From an uncultured Nitrososphaerales archaeon (GTDB lineage Archaea; Thermoproteota; Nitrososphaeria; Nitrososphaerales; Nitrososphaeraceae): a stretch of DNA of 64,000 bases. This document shows positions 45,457-55,973 of this stretch, piece by piece. The notes beneath the pieces are model-generated. The model did not search any database and was not told where the DNA came from. It saw nothing but the letters and a program-made list of their open reading frames with translations. The stretch is from the NCBI GenBank assembly GCA_963713605.1, contig CAVQMO010000001.1, positions 320,001-384,000 on the forward strand, written 5' to 3'. Position numbers and translations under genes: made by a program. The first letter of the stretch is position 1, and every line of letters begins with the position of its first letter.

Positions 45457-45939
45457 CTATACAAGCTTATCATCATAGTTACCTTTGGACATCTCAGTGA
45501 ACGCATCTTTAGGAATTTTTCCATCTACTTTTACACCCATACTTAAACAGGTCCCGATTACTTCCTTAGCGACTCCTTTGATGTCAATCGCATAGGAACT
45601 GTCGACTTTCATCTTTGCTATTTTCACAACCTTTTCTATTGGCAAATCTCCCACATAGTCGCTTCCCGAAGTACCAGACCCCTTGCTAAACCCACCTTCT
45701 TTTGCAATGAGGGCTGCAGTCGGAGGTATACCTACTTCTACGGTGAACTGCTTCGTTTCAGTGTCAACTTCGACTTTGACAGGTACCTTCATGCCAGGAA
45801 AGTCTCGAGTCTTTTCATTAATGGTATTTACAACTTGTAATACGTTAACACCAATCGGGCCTAAGGAAGGACCCAGAGGAGGACCTGCGCTAGCTTCTCC
45901 ACCGCTTACAAGAGCCGAAATACTTTTCTTTTCTCCCAT
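45457..45939 (-). CDS. rpl11: 50S ribosomal protein L11
   Basis: GGEASAGPPLGPSLGP, GIPPTAALI, GTCLSMGV. Confidence 0.97.
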   Translation of the reverse strand: MGEKKSISALVSGGEASAGPPLGPSLGPIGVNVLQVVNTINEKTRDFPGMKVPVKVEVDTETKQFTVEVGIPPTAALIAKEGGFSKGSGTSGSDYVGDLPIEKVVKIAKMKVDSSYAIDIKGVAKEVIGTCLSMGVKVDGKIPKDAFTEMSKGNYDDKLV

Positions 45940-46048
45940 ACACCGGAACAAAAGGACATACCTGGATATAAATTAAATATGCTACTTCAACTGACTATAT
46001 ATTCAATCGGAATTCTGGACAATTGATCTTATTTGGAGCCTCTTTATC

Positions 46049-46711
46049 CTACTGAACCAATTTGCGGAGATAGTTTGCATCAACGGTTACTGGAATTTGA
46101 TATGGTGAATCGAGGAGAACTACCGTTGCCTCCTGTTTCTCGTAGTCGACTCTGATTACTTTTGCTTTCATCGATTTGAATGGTCCGGCTACCACCTCAA
46201 CCATATTATCTATGCTCAGATCAGTTACCACAGGTTTCTTCACCAGATAGCCCTCTATATCCTTAAAAGGCAATTCCCCACGTATTTGTCCGCGTACATG
46301 TCGTACTCCGCTCAGTGCTTCGTATGCTACATTTGCATCAGGTGCCTCGACTATAATGTAGCCCTTGAAGTTCTCTAACGCCAAAATCGAAAAAATCTTC
46401 AATTTCTTTGTAGTAATTTTTGTGTGCAAAATGTTGGCGACAACTCGTTCCTGGCCACCTGTTATCCTGATAGCAAAAAATTTGGACTTTGTGACATCTC
46501 CTGTTGCTTGCTCGTTGGTCTTATCGGTAGGTTCGGCTATGTTTGATTCGTTTATTGTATTGCTTTCCTGCATACTGCTAGGTGTTTCATCCCCAAAGCC
46601 CGAGGCGGTGCTTTCTAGATTGATGTCTTCGGATACATTCGTAGAATTACCACTACCTTCCAGATTATCCTTTTCTATATTACGATTAATGTCAAGTAAT
46701 TTAGCATCCAT
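46049..46711 (-). CDS. spt5: Transcription elongation factor Spt5 with acidic N-terminal extension
   Basis: NGN domain (GGQE, KGYIIVE) and KOW (VEVVAGPFK). Confidence 0.95.
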   Translation of the reverse strand: MDAKLLDINRNIEKDNLEGSGNSTNVSEDINLESTASGFGDETPSSMQESNTINESNIAEPTDKTNEQATGDVTKSKFFAIRITGGQERVVANILHTKITTKKLKIFSILALENFKGYIIVEAPDANVAYEALSGVRHVRGQIRGELPFKDIEGYLVKKPVVTDLSIDNMVEVVAGPFKSMKAKVIRVDYEKQEATVVLLDSPYQIPVTVDANYLRKLVQ

Positions 46712-46906
46712 TTAGCGAATGTATCTACGATATATTATTGCATTTTATAAATTTACGTCGCATAATGCTGGTGCAGATTTGTCAATATTGAGCCTATAAA
46801 TTCTAAATTCTCAATTCATTGATGCAAATTAAGCTCAGGACTAAATAACCAACCATTAGGTGAAGGTTGAGAGCCAATTTATAGTAGGCCCTTTCCCACC
46901 CTCCTC

Positions 46907-47725
46907 GTGGAAGAAAATATCGCCCTAATTGCATCCTTAAAGGATGAAGCGGGTATGAACATGGTAAATTTCTTGACATCTACGAAGGATTTTCGGATTA
47001 CAAGCAGCGATCCATCGGTCTATGAATCATACAAATATCGGAACGTCAAACTCTACGTAACAAAAAAGGATCTACTCTTCCTCGAGGATTACAACGTTAA
47101 CGAGAGAACAACTTCATTTGTCTTTCTTTCAAGACACAGGTCAGCAAGCGGAATAGCCTCCCTTACCTGTCATTCGACGGGTAACTTTTCTCAAGATACT
47201 TTGTACGGTGGTAAGCCAAATGAACTGGGAATGGCTAATCCTACAATGTTGAAAGCTTATTTTAATGAACTGTATAGAAATCGAAATTCCGTGCCTGATT
47301 ATCAAATTACTCTCGAGGCCACACATCATGGGCCTACATCTCTCAAAGGATCCATCATTTTTGTCGAAATCGGTTCTGGACCAGTACAGTGGAAGGACTC
47401 GAATGCCGCCCGAATAGTTTGCAATTGCATTTTAGAGGTTTCACCCATGCATGTAAAAGGTCTTAATAGAGTAGCCCTGGCTCTAGGTGGAACGCATTAT
47501 CCCGAAAAATTGAACAAGATACTTCATGAGACAGATTTTTCTGTAGCATACATTGCGACAAAGAATAACTTGCAGTATATTGACGACAGGATGATTCAGC
47601 AAATGATGGTCAGGAGCACGGAAAGGGTAACACATGTTCTATTGGATTGGAAGGGACTGGGGAAACACAAGAATAGGATTTTGGATATCATTGAGAAGAC
47701 TGATCTGGAAGTAGTCAGAATATAA
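46907..47725 (+). CDS. dtdA: Archaeal D-aminoacyl-tRNA deacylase
   Basis: SRH, LTCHSTGN, EATHHGP, FVEIGS, GGTHY. Confidence 0.92.
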   Translation: MEENIALIASLKDEAGMNMVNFLTSTKDFRITSSDPSVYESYKYRNVKLYVTKKDLLFLEDYNVNERTTSFVFLSRHRSASGIASLTCHSTGNFSQDTLYGGKPNELGMANPTMLKAYFNELYRNRNSVPDYQITLEATHHGPTSLKGSIIFVEIGSGPVQWKDSNAARIVCNCILEVSPMHVKGLNRVALALGGTHYPEKLNKILHETDFSVAYIATKNNLQYIDDRMIQQMMVRSTERVTHVLLDWKGLGKHKNRILDIIEKTDLEVVRI

Positions 47726-47910
47726 TTGAGCCAATTTCGATTCTTTTTGAATATCAGCCCCAGACCATATCAAGATCCAAACAAATCCTAGATGAGGGCG
47801 CGGCGACGATAGCTTTCGCATATTCTAATGGTCCAACTCATTGATAAATAGGTTCGAATGTGCTAGTGCTCGACAATGTTATTAGTCGTGTCTCTGAAGT
47901 TGATATAAGG

Positions 47911-48339
47911 ATGCCAAACCTCACAGGGATCGATGTAGTAACTGCATTCTTGGAATCTGATGGTCAAATATTAATCCTTAGGCGAAGCAATAGTGTGAGA
48001 ACTATGAAGGAAAAATGGGGAGCTGTGAGTGGCTATTTAGAAAATAACGATCCGCTTAGACAAGCCATTATAGAGATCTACGAAGAAACAGGTTTGGATA
48101 GCAGCAAAATACAACTAGTGAGATCAGGCGATTTACTTCTTGCAATCGACCCTGAAAATCCAGGTACCTCATATAATATCCATCCATACCTCTTTCAGTC
48201 AAAAAGCAGGAATGTAACGCTCAGCAGAGAACATGATCGATTTAAATGGATAACCATGAATGAACTTTGGAGATATGACAGTGTTCCGAAGTTGAAAGAG
48301 GCCTATGAGAGTGTGGCAGGATCATTGCATGCCACATGA
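47911..48339 (+). CDS. NUDIX hydrolase
   Basis: W..VSG...AIIEIYEETG; EHD...W. Confidence 0.88.
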   Translation: MPNLTGIDVVTAFLESDGQILILRRSNSVRTMKEKWGAVSGYLENNDPLRQAIIEIYEETGLDSSKIQLVRSGDLLLAIDPENPGTSYNIHPYLFQSKSRNVTLSREHDRFKWITMNELWRYDSVPKLKEAYESVAGSLHAT

Positions 48340-48454
48340 TTTTATGAACAAAGCATTAAGTCTGGTTATAATTCTTATTCATACTGTTGTCCAAATGAAG
48401 TGAAGAATTGGCACTGGTAATGATCTCCGTTCAGTTAAAGTTAAACGCGGGTCT

Positions 48455-49648
48455 TCAACCTTGGATTCCGCATGAATTCGGCCCCGCTTCTAAATCGTCT
48501 AGATGCAAGTTATTGCAAAGTAGCAGATCTTTGTTTAGCCGCAATATTCTCTTATAATTCATGGGTTGAGGAGGTATGCTAGATGCCACATAACTAATGA
48601 ATTCGTCTTCATCCATTCTAAGTGCCTTTATATTTGCCTTTATTTCTCCGATCGTCTTGAAAATGGGATCTTCGTGCTTCATACTCTTGCTGTAATGGGA
48701 GGGCAATACTATTGCGTCGTCACGTAATGACGCGAGCTTCTTGTAGGTAAGAAAAAGAGTTCGGGAAAATTCATCGATCTTATCATGCAGATCAGGTCTT
48801 CCGATCCCATCAACAAAGAGTGTATCCCCGCTAAAGAGAAATGTTTCTTTCTTGCCATGTTCGTTCCCACTCGATGGGGTTTCTAATTTGAAAGACATAC
48901 TCCCAGCTGTATGTCCGGGTGTATGGATTACGTCAAGAGATAGACCACTAGAGATTTCTATACTCTGGCCATCATCAAGGAGGGTCATGATGTCTAATCC
49001 GTTCGTATTAATTTGTTCTGTTTCATATTCTTCCAGAGGGCTAAGATAGAGAATGGCACCAGTTTCTTTAGCGATAGTCATCGAAGCAGACAAGTGATCT
49101 GCGTGTCTATGTGTTTCGATTAGAGCCTTGATTCGAAGGTTACTCTTTTTTGCAATCTCATAAATTGAAGCCGCGGAACTACATGGCGGATCGATTACAA
49201 CTGCATCATTAAAATAAGAAATCAAATAGGTCATGCAACCCTTTGAAATTCGTCTTATCTGCCAGATCTTCAAGTTGGGATCTGTTAGACATGGTATTAA
49301 TGCCAGATCATTTATTTTATTCCAAGCAACCATCCCTCCTCTTATACTCTTTGCGTTGTATCCGAGTTGAGCGAGGTATTCTGCAGCCATCTTTGATCTC
49401 ATACCATGAGAACAAACTGTGATCACCTCTCTATCTTTGGGGATATTTTTGATTTGTTCTTCGGATGATAATTTGTCCAAAGGTACTAGAGAGGGCTCTA
49501 GATGTTTATCGTAACTAATCTTCCAGGCCTTGTATTCCTCAGGGGTCCGAACGTCCAAAATGTACAAATTTTCACCAACATCCATCTTGTACTTCAAATC
49601 GGAGGGTTCTATTTCAATCGTACCGAAGTGAGAGCGCTTATCTGTCAA
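48455..49648 (-). CDS. Rhodanese + metallo-beta-lactamase fusion (persulfide-dioxygenase-like)
   Basis: LDVR..E, CSHGMRS; THRHADH, TPGHT, GDTLF..GIGRPDL, ends GPNSCG. Confidence 0.88.
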   Translation of the reverse strand: MTDKRSHFGTIEIEPSDLKYKMDVGENLYILDVRTPEEYKAWKISYDKHLEPSLVPLDKLSSEEQIKNIPKDREVITVCSHGMRSKMAAEYLAQLGYNAKSIRGGMVAWNKINDLALIPCLTDPNLKIWQIRRISKGCMTYLISYFNDAVVIDPPCSSAASIYEIAKKSNLRIKALIETHRHADHLSASMTIAKETGAILYLSPLEEYETEQINTNGLDIMTLLDDGQSIEISSGLSLDVIHTPGHTAGSMSFKLETPSSGNEHGKKETFLFSGDTLFVDGIGRPDLHDKIDEFSRTLFLTYKKLASLRDDAIVLPSHYSKSMKHEDPIFKTIGEIKANIKALRMDEDEFISYVASSIPPQPMNYKRILRLNKDLLLCNNLHLDDLEAGPNSCGIQG

Positions 49649-50040
49649 TCGTGAGGCTCAATCATACTTCAGCCTTGCGCATAATAAAATGGTTTGTGTG
49701 AAAACATCTATTGCAGATAAACGATTCACAGTTTAAAGCTAGACATCAGTTGGAGATAATAGATTACAGTCAACATCAAATCGGTATATCATAAAGGAAT
49801 AGCAAGCAACTACCACCCATTTACCTTGTGACTGATTGACTAACTCCAAATGCAATCACCAAGCCTACAGGTTAGCTTTATTGTGCATTCAGAATGAGTC
49901 TAATTCTGGCGATGAATAACATCATTTTATACAAACAGCTTAATAAAAGCGTCATCAAAAAATATATTGCCATTTGTCTTGTTATTTAGCAGTAATCGTT
50001 TAGAGCTACCTTAAATATTACCATATATACTATACTTATT

Positions 50041-50235
50041 ATGGAGACAAATATGAATAATTCCCTAAGATTGGTGGCAATAGCTGTATTCTCAGTATTG
50101 GCATTCGCTGTGACGGGACTTACATCATGGAGTTTCTTGAGTGAGTCGTCAGTGATTGCACAGAACGACACTGTAGTTAATGAAACTATGCTATATACAA
50201 ACCAGACTGAAATGGCTCCAGAGACTAAACGCTGA
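50041..50235 (+). CDS. Small secreted/membrane protein (possibly truncated)
   Basis: Signal-like hydrophobic stretch; N-x-T sequons. Confidence 0.5.
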   Translation: METNMNNSLRLVAIAVFSVLAFAVTGLTSWSFLSESSVIAQNDTVVNETMLYTNQTEMAPETKR

Positions 50236-50436
50236 TTTAGAATCAACCACAAGAAATAGAGAAAGAATGCTTTCGGATGCTGTTGTTAACACTTTGTATT
50301 GAAGAGGTTATAGATAAAATGCAACTTCAATAAACATCATCATCGTTTGATGCAGAATAAACCTAACCCGCAGTCGGTTCGCTTGCTCTGATGCGTAACT
50401 GTCATTCCTGGCGTCGTATTAATAACTCTTCACCTA

Positions 50437-50710
50437 ATGAATCAGTGCGATCATCATGACATAGTTAAAGACATCCTCGAGATAGTCAATACCAATCAGC
50501 TTCTTTTTCGAACTCGACGAAGTCAAACCAACATTGGGCAGGATGCTAAACTGACCTATAAGCAAACCGTCAAATCCCAAAGGTTAGTCGACACTGGACT
50601 GTTCATTCTGACTGATCTCATCCGTATTACTAACTGACCAAGGAAGGGCGCCGATGTTGCAACTTTTCAGCGGGTTAGAAGACGATCCTCGCCATGTCGT
50701 TCATGAATAA
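50437..50710 (+). pseudogene. Degenerate HTH_45-like winged-helix regulator
   Basis: DIVKDILEIV...QTNIG..AKLT, continuing across shifts to LQLFSGLEDD. Confidence 0.5.
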
Positions 50711-50950
50711 ATGCTCTTTAACGTATGGGTTCAAATTAATGGTTTTGCAGTTGCTGCTATTCAATATGACAATGAATTTCTCTGAGGAAGGTGGCGATAA
50801 GGTAACCTCTTCCAATACGATGCCTTCATGAGTAATCCAAGGCAGGTTGCTTTCTTCATCATTAATCTTGCATGCGGCCGTTTATGTTAATCCTTCAGTG
50901 CAAAATAAATAATTGGTTTATATTCACCGAACGCATTATTTCTATTCTAA

Positions 50951-51274
50951 ATGGTAATCGCGACTTCCAAACAAATGTGGGAGAATGACGTTTTGAAATC
51001 ATCTACTCCAGTGCTCGTCGACTTTTGGGCAGAGTGGTGTGGTCCGTGTAGAATGGTTAGTCCTATTCTCGAAAAGCTAGGTGAAACAATGTCAGATGAA
51101 ATCAAAATAGTTAAACTGAACGTGGATGAAAATCAAGAGCTCGCTTTGAACTACGGGATTAGGTCAATTCCATCTCTTTTGATCTTTAGAGAAGGAAAAG
51201 AGATAGCTCGGACTGTCGGTGCTGCTACAGAACAGGCCTATGAAAAGTTTGTGAAGACCTCTCTCTCAAATTAG
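50951..51274 (+). CDS. trxA: Thioredoxin
   Basis: DFWAEWCGPC; SIP. Confidence 0.97.
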   Translation: MVIATSKQMWENDVLKSSTPVLVDFWAEWCGPCRMVSPILEKLGETMSDEIKIVKLNVDENQELALNYGIRSIPSLLIFREGKEIARTVGAATEQAYEKFVKTSLSN

Positions 51275-51477
51275 AGAAGTTCATCAGTTGACAGCAGACT
51301 CATAAAGCTCATTGAATTTTTTTCCATCTTTATTGATGATTGATTCTCAATCCAAGGCAATTGTGGAAGGCCCCTACATTTAAGCCACTGTGTCTCAAAC
51401 GAAAAATAATATTCTTCTGAGTTAACGATTTCTGCAATCAAAATATTTAAGTAGGATTTCTCTTTCATTTAGAAATA

Positions 51478-51840
51478 ATGTACAAGAAAGCTACTGTCGT
51501 AGGAACACTGTCGGCTATATTCACATTATCGGCAATCATGTTGAACACCCCATATTTGAATACAGCATATGCTCAAGCCCAGGAAGGTCCACCTGGTGAA
51601 GCAGGGGTTACAAATGAACCAGAATCTAATTTTACAGCATGCACGGGGTTAGGAGGATGTAACCAAACACAACCAGAGACAGCCACGGAACTTGAAGAAT
51701 ACGCTGGAAGCGATCAGGCTATTTTGGCAAATGACACTGACATAAGTAATCCTAACAACACCGCGCTAGATGCTACAGGCGTTAATGAAAGAGAGGATTG
51801 CATGCAAATTCCCGGAAACACTGCCGAAGACTGTCCTTAA
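51478..51840 (+). CDS. Secreted acidic protein with four Cys
   Basis: Signal peptide ending AYA; CTGLGGC; CMQIPGNTAEDCP; T-tract downstream. Confidence 0.75.
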   Translation: MYKKATVVGTLSAIFTLSAIMLNTPYLNTAYAQAQEGPPGEAGVTNEPESNFTACTGLGGCNQTQPETATELEEYAGSDQAILANDTDISNPNNTALDATGVNEREDCMQIPGNTAEDCP

Positions 51841-52221
51841 TCAACATAATTCAATTCCCTATTTTTTGCTATTAAAGTTTAAAGTAGATCTACTCTTTTG
51901 ACAGAGAATTAGTTTTACTCCATATTTTTTTTCAATCATCGCCGTGGGAATGGTAATTGAATAGTCAATAGCTCATTAAATAATTCAATTCGATATCTCT
52001 AACACTTCAGAGGTTGCATAAGAGATGTTTCAATACTTCAACATTTAGTTTCATTAAATTATTCCCTTAGGCTATTGAGAGTAAAAGTTACGTTTTCATC
52101 GGAATGTGCATCTTTGACTAATGCCGTATTATCAATAGGACTTGTCGAGACATTCTCCACAACTGAAGGGCCTCATCATGACTTTTAAGTGGCTTCAACC
52201 GTAATGATGACTGAATAATTA

Positions 52222-52977
52222 GTGAAGGGCGGAAGGAAGCACAAGAGTGAGAAAAGAAGGGTAAATAGGAAAGCTCTGATTGTTGGGGTTGCGCTTGCTT
52301 TCATAATGGTAGGGGGTGCTGTAGTCGCTGTTCTCATGAACTCCCCTCCTACTAGATCAGGTGAAAGTAATAATAACGAAATCATTCAGCGAATAGTTGC
52401 CCCTATCTCTGAGAATGTGCCAGTACTTGCCTCTGAAGGTGGGTCCTCCAATGTAACGATAGTGGAATTCGGTGATTATCAGTGCCAATATTGCGCAAGA
52501 TTTCATAATGAGACAAAGGATCAAATTATAAACAATTTCGTAGATACAGGCAAACTTAGTTTCGTTTTCAAAGACTTTGTGATTAATGATCTTCCATCTG
52601 ACCGTGCGTCAACGTTGGCAGCTGAGGCTTCTTATTGTGCTGCAGACCAAGGCAAATATTGGCAGTACCATGACGAACTTTACGATCATTCCCGCGGAGA
52701 AAATACAGGTTGGGTGACCGAGGATAGTTTGAAGCAGTTTGCAACTAGAATCGGAATCCCGAACCTCACAGTGTTTTCTGAATGCCTTGAGAACCATACC
52801 CATCGGGATTTAGTCGAAGCAAATACACAGCTTGCCAATGGCATTGGGCTTAGGTCGACACCGTCGTTTGTAATAATTTCTAACGAGACGGTGCCGATTG
52901 CTATAGAAGGTGCACAACCATATACCGTGTTCAAACAGGCCATTGATGATGTCTTGGCTAACGTGTCGAGGACTTAA
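52222..52977 (+). CDS. Membrane-anchored DsbA-family thiol-disulfide oxidoreductase
   Basis: EFGDYQCQYC, AAEASYCA.DQGKYW.YHD, TP, GAQPY. Confidence 0.9.
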   Translation: MKGGRKHKSEKRRVNRKALIVGVALAFIMVGGAVVAVLMNSPPTRSGESNNNEIIQRIVAPISENVPVLASEGGSSNVTIVEFGDYQCQYCARFHNETKDQIINNFVDTGKLSFVFKDFVINDLPSDRASTLAAEASYCAADQGKYWQYHDELYDHSRGENTGWVTEDSLKQFATRIGIPNLTVFSECLENHTHRDLVEANTQLANGIGLRSTPSFVIISNETVPIAIEGAQPYTVFKQAIDDVLANVSRT

Positions 52978-53248
52978 ACTGTGGCTCTACGGTGCCGAAC
53001 AGGATATTGTTAATCATATTTGGTCATGCCTCAAGCCCTAGACTGTTTTCTCAATTTTGATCAATTATACAAAGCCCGATCAAATCAAAAAGGTTAAACG
53101 AAAGTTTTCAGAGAATTCGAAAAACCATGTTAGCATTACCTGTCCCAATCCATTTTGCCTACTACTGCAATTGGCCAAGCCACTTGGGTCGTGTTGTGTC
53201 TCCTCATAACCTCTTAATTAGGAGGACATTCTGGAACGCTGCCGTTCA

Positions 53249-53479
53249 TCACCTGTCAGAACGCTTGTTCCTAGGGTTATGTGAATTCTGCGACTTTTGT
53301 CGACCTCCTCGACCATATGTAAAGTATTTAAAGGCGAAGAATGCTGCCATGATATAATTTGCTATTCCCAATGCAAAGAAAACGAAGGAAGATAGAAATG
53401 CAGACTCAACTATGCCAAAGGTACCTACTGCCGCAGCTAGCCCCATGAAAACAATGAGTTGATTTTTGTATACTACCAA
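53249..53479 (-). CDS. Small two-TM protein
   Basis: Two hydrophobic helices and a basic tail. Confidence 0.55.
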   Translation of the reverse strand: MVVYKNQLIVFMGLAAAVGTFGIVESAFLSSFVFFALGIANYIMAAFFAFKYFTYGRGGRQKSQNSHNPRNKRSDR

Positions 53480-53876
53480 ATGCCAGATACTGTAGTCTGA
53501 GCAGTGATATGTTAGTTATGAATTTTGTTCTTGAGACTTTTGTGGAACGTAAGCGATGCAAATCTATTCTTCCATTACCTCTTTTTAGTAACCCGCTGGT
53601 GGCCAAGTTGATAGATCAGAAATGACTTGCTCCCCTTCATCGTAATGAGTCAGTTTTTAGATAAAAAATGTGACGCTATGTTTAATTTTGGGGATACCCA
53701 TGCTTATCTCATCTCTGACAGTCTGAAAGAAAGCACTCTACTATATTCAAACATAACCTGATTAGTGTCAAATTATTATTATCCATTCGACTGAAGGCTA
53801 CTCAAGTAGCATACATCTATTGAAAAGCTATATCAATTCATCATTAATCCACTAATAGGGAGAATTCACATTCCTA

Positions 53877-54868
53877 TTGCAAATGGAATCTGCAAGATCC
53901 CTGACCTGTGTTTTTCTAACATTTGTATTAATCATAGTGTCAGTCATTTCAGCCAGTGATAGATCCACAGTTCAGTTCTCCTCCTCCTTCGATCAGGCTA
54001 GAGCATCATCAGAAAATGAGCTGAGCTTAACTGCGAAAATAATGAAGACCTGTGCTTGGTCGAGGCTTGCCTTGGGAGCGAGTGTTCTACTGTAGGGAAG
54101 GGATTAGGAATTTCGCAAATGCTTTCTGAAGAGATATTATTAGGCAACGATCCGATGAGAATTGGTAGTAAGGATATCTGTCAGACAAGTGATGAAAAAG
54201 AGGAAGTTAGTAATTTCAATTTTCATGCTACATCGGAAGAATCTGATGAATTAGACTCCAGCAATAATTTAGGTAAGTCGAGCCAAATCCCTGCAGCGTG
54301 GTGGGATCATTCTGGTTCTGATATTTTGATAGGTATGGACCTGGGCGTGACCAAGAAAATCTGTAATATAGACGTGCGTTTCAACGATAACGCAGAGATC
54401 GAGAACGGCTTTTCCGTGACTGTTTCAAATGGTACTGAGAGTCTTAATAGAGTAGTCAATGAATCTACAATTGGATCATTGTCTAATTCTTGGTCAACTG
54501 TCGATTTCAATAGCCTGGCCGGCAAATTCATACAACTCACAATCCCAGGCGTTTCAGAATTTTATGTCGATGATGATGACGATGATCCCGTAGTCTCTGA
54601 AATCAAAGTAAAAGCTCTCCCTTTGACCCAAACCTCTAGAAATTCAAGTGCACAGAGCAATTCCACTGACAAAATATCAAAACAAATTCCTAACAATGCC
54701 ATTGCTTCACTAGAATTGTCGCCGCTAGAGTTCTTGGATGCAGGTTCTGATCTATTGAATCCTCCAATGCTTGGCCCAGAACTTAATGGGATAAACCAAA
54801 GTTCTTTACCTGACATGTCGTCAACACCTAACTCGAATATGTACACTGGAGACATCTTTCTGCCATAG
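53877..54868 (+). CDS. Secreted protein with discoidin/F5-8-like beta domain (frameshift at ~54060)
   Basis: Signal helix; W..SGS..I.MDLG..K.IC.IDV...F.V.VS.G...GKFIQLTI...SEIKV. Confidence 0.6.
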
Positions 54869-55163
54869 TCATAATCATAAATTGTATACTTTCAAGAATC
54901 GTAGTTGGAACCAGTTGCAATGTTGGCTTCGACAAGGTTCAATTCTGGGACAGAAGGACGAAATTGATTAGAACGCGCGGCAACTTGATAATAGTAATAG
55001 CAATTATAGGACTACAAGTTACAATATTTGCTAGTGACAACGCATTTTCGTCCAAGAGCAGCTTGCGATATATTTGATCCTAACTTGAGACTCAAGTTGT
55101 TACACATCAGGTACCTGAACTCGCACACTATCATCATTTGTATGGTCAAATCAGCAGGATTGT

Positions 55164-55704
55164 TTATCCTGTTTCTACGATCGGCGTATCTCCATTTTGG
55201 CAATCAGAAGATCCAGTAAAAGTTTGTTCTGCACTTAGAGGGTCATTGGACCTAAAATATGCTGTAATGGTTTCTTCATGGCCGCAGGAGCCACTTATTG
55301 TAATAGGACCAAATAGAGGAGGAGAACATAATGCAATCATATTTTGCTCAGCGGGACTATCTCCCATCATTTGGTAGTCGGAGACTGAAAGATTGCCGGA
55401 ATATATTGGTCCACCGAGAACTAATCCAGAACTTCCTGGATCAAAGACTATACAGCGTCCAATTTCCTCCTACCGTGCCATTAGAAGATAAAGCAGTAAA
55501 TGAAATATTTGTATTGAATGTTGAACCATCAGAACACGTCACAAGCCCCGATCCTCCTCCATGAATGAGAACAGCGCTTGCAGGTTCCTCTCCAAATTGA
55601 AAGAAAGCCTGGCATGAGAGCAAGGCAACAGAAAGTGAAAGTACACCTAATAGAGTACCATTAGAAATCCTTAACGACGTATTCATGAGTTCTATAGTTC
55701 GCAT
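55164..55704 (-). CDS. Secreted hypothetical protein (frameshifted)
   Basis: Signal helix then GLVTCSDGS...; continues with LCSPP..GPITISGSCG...DC. Confidence 0.6.
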
Positions 55705-55973
55705 TTACATATAAGTACATTCCCTGCTGATTAATTTTCAAATTCGGTGCCGTTTCGTGAAGAATCAAACAAGAAATGGGATGTATGTATTTCTGTACGG
55801 GTGGATAACAATTTTCAATATTTGGAGATTGAAGATTGATGACGTCAGTTACCGACAAATTTGAGAAAAATTGAATCTGTCAATTAATCCTGCTTTTCAA
55901 CAACCACCCACCAGTTGTATGTTATGATAGTCGTTCTTGATTGTATAAACTGTAGATTTAGATGCTGAAAGAA

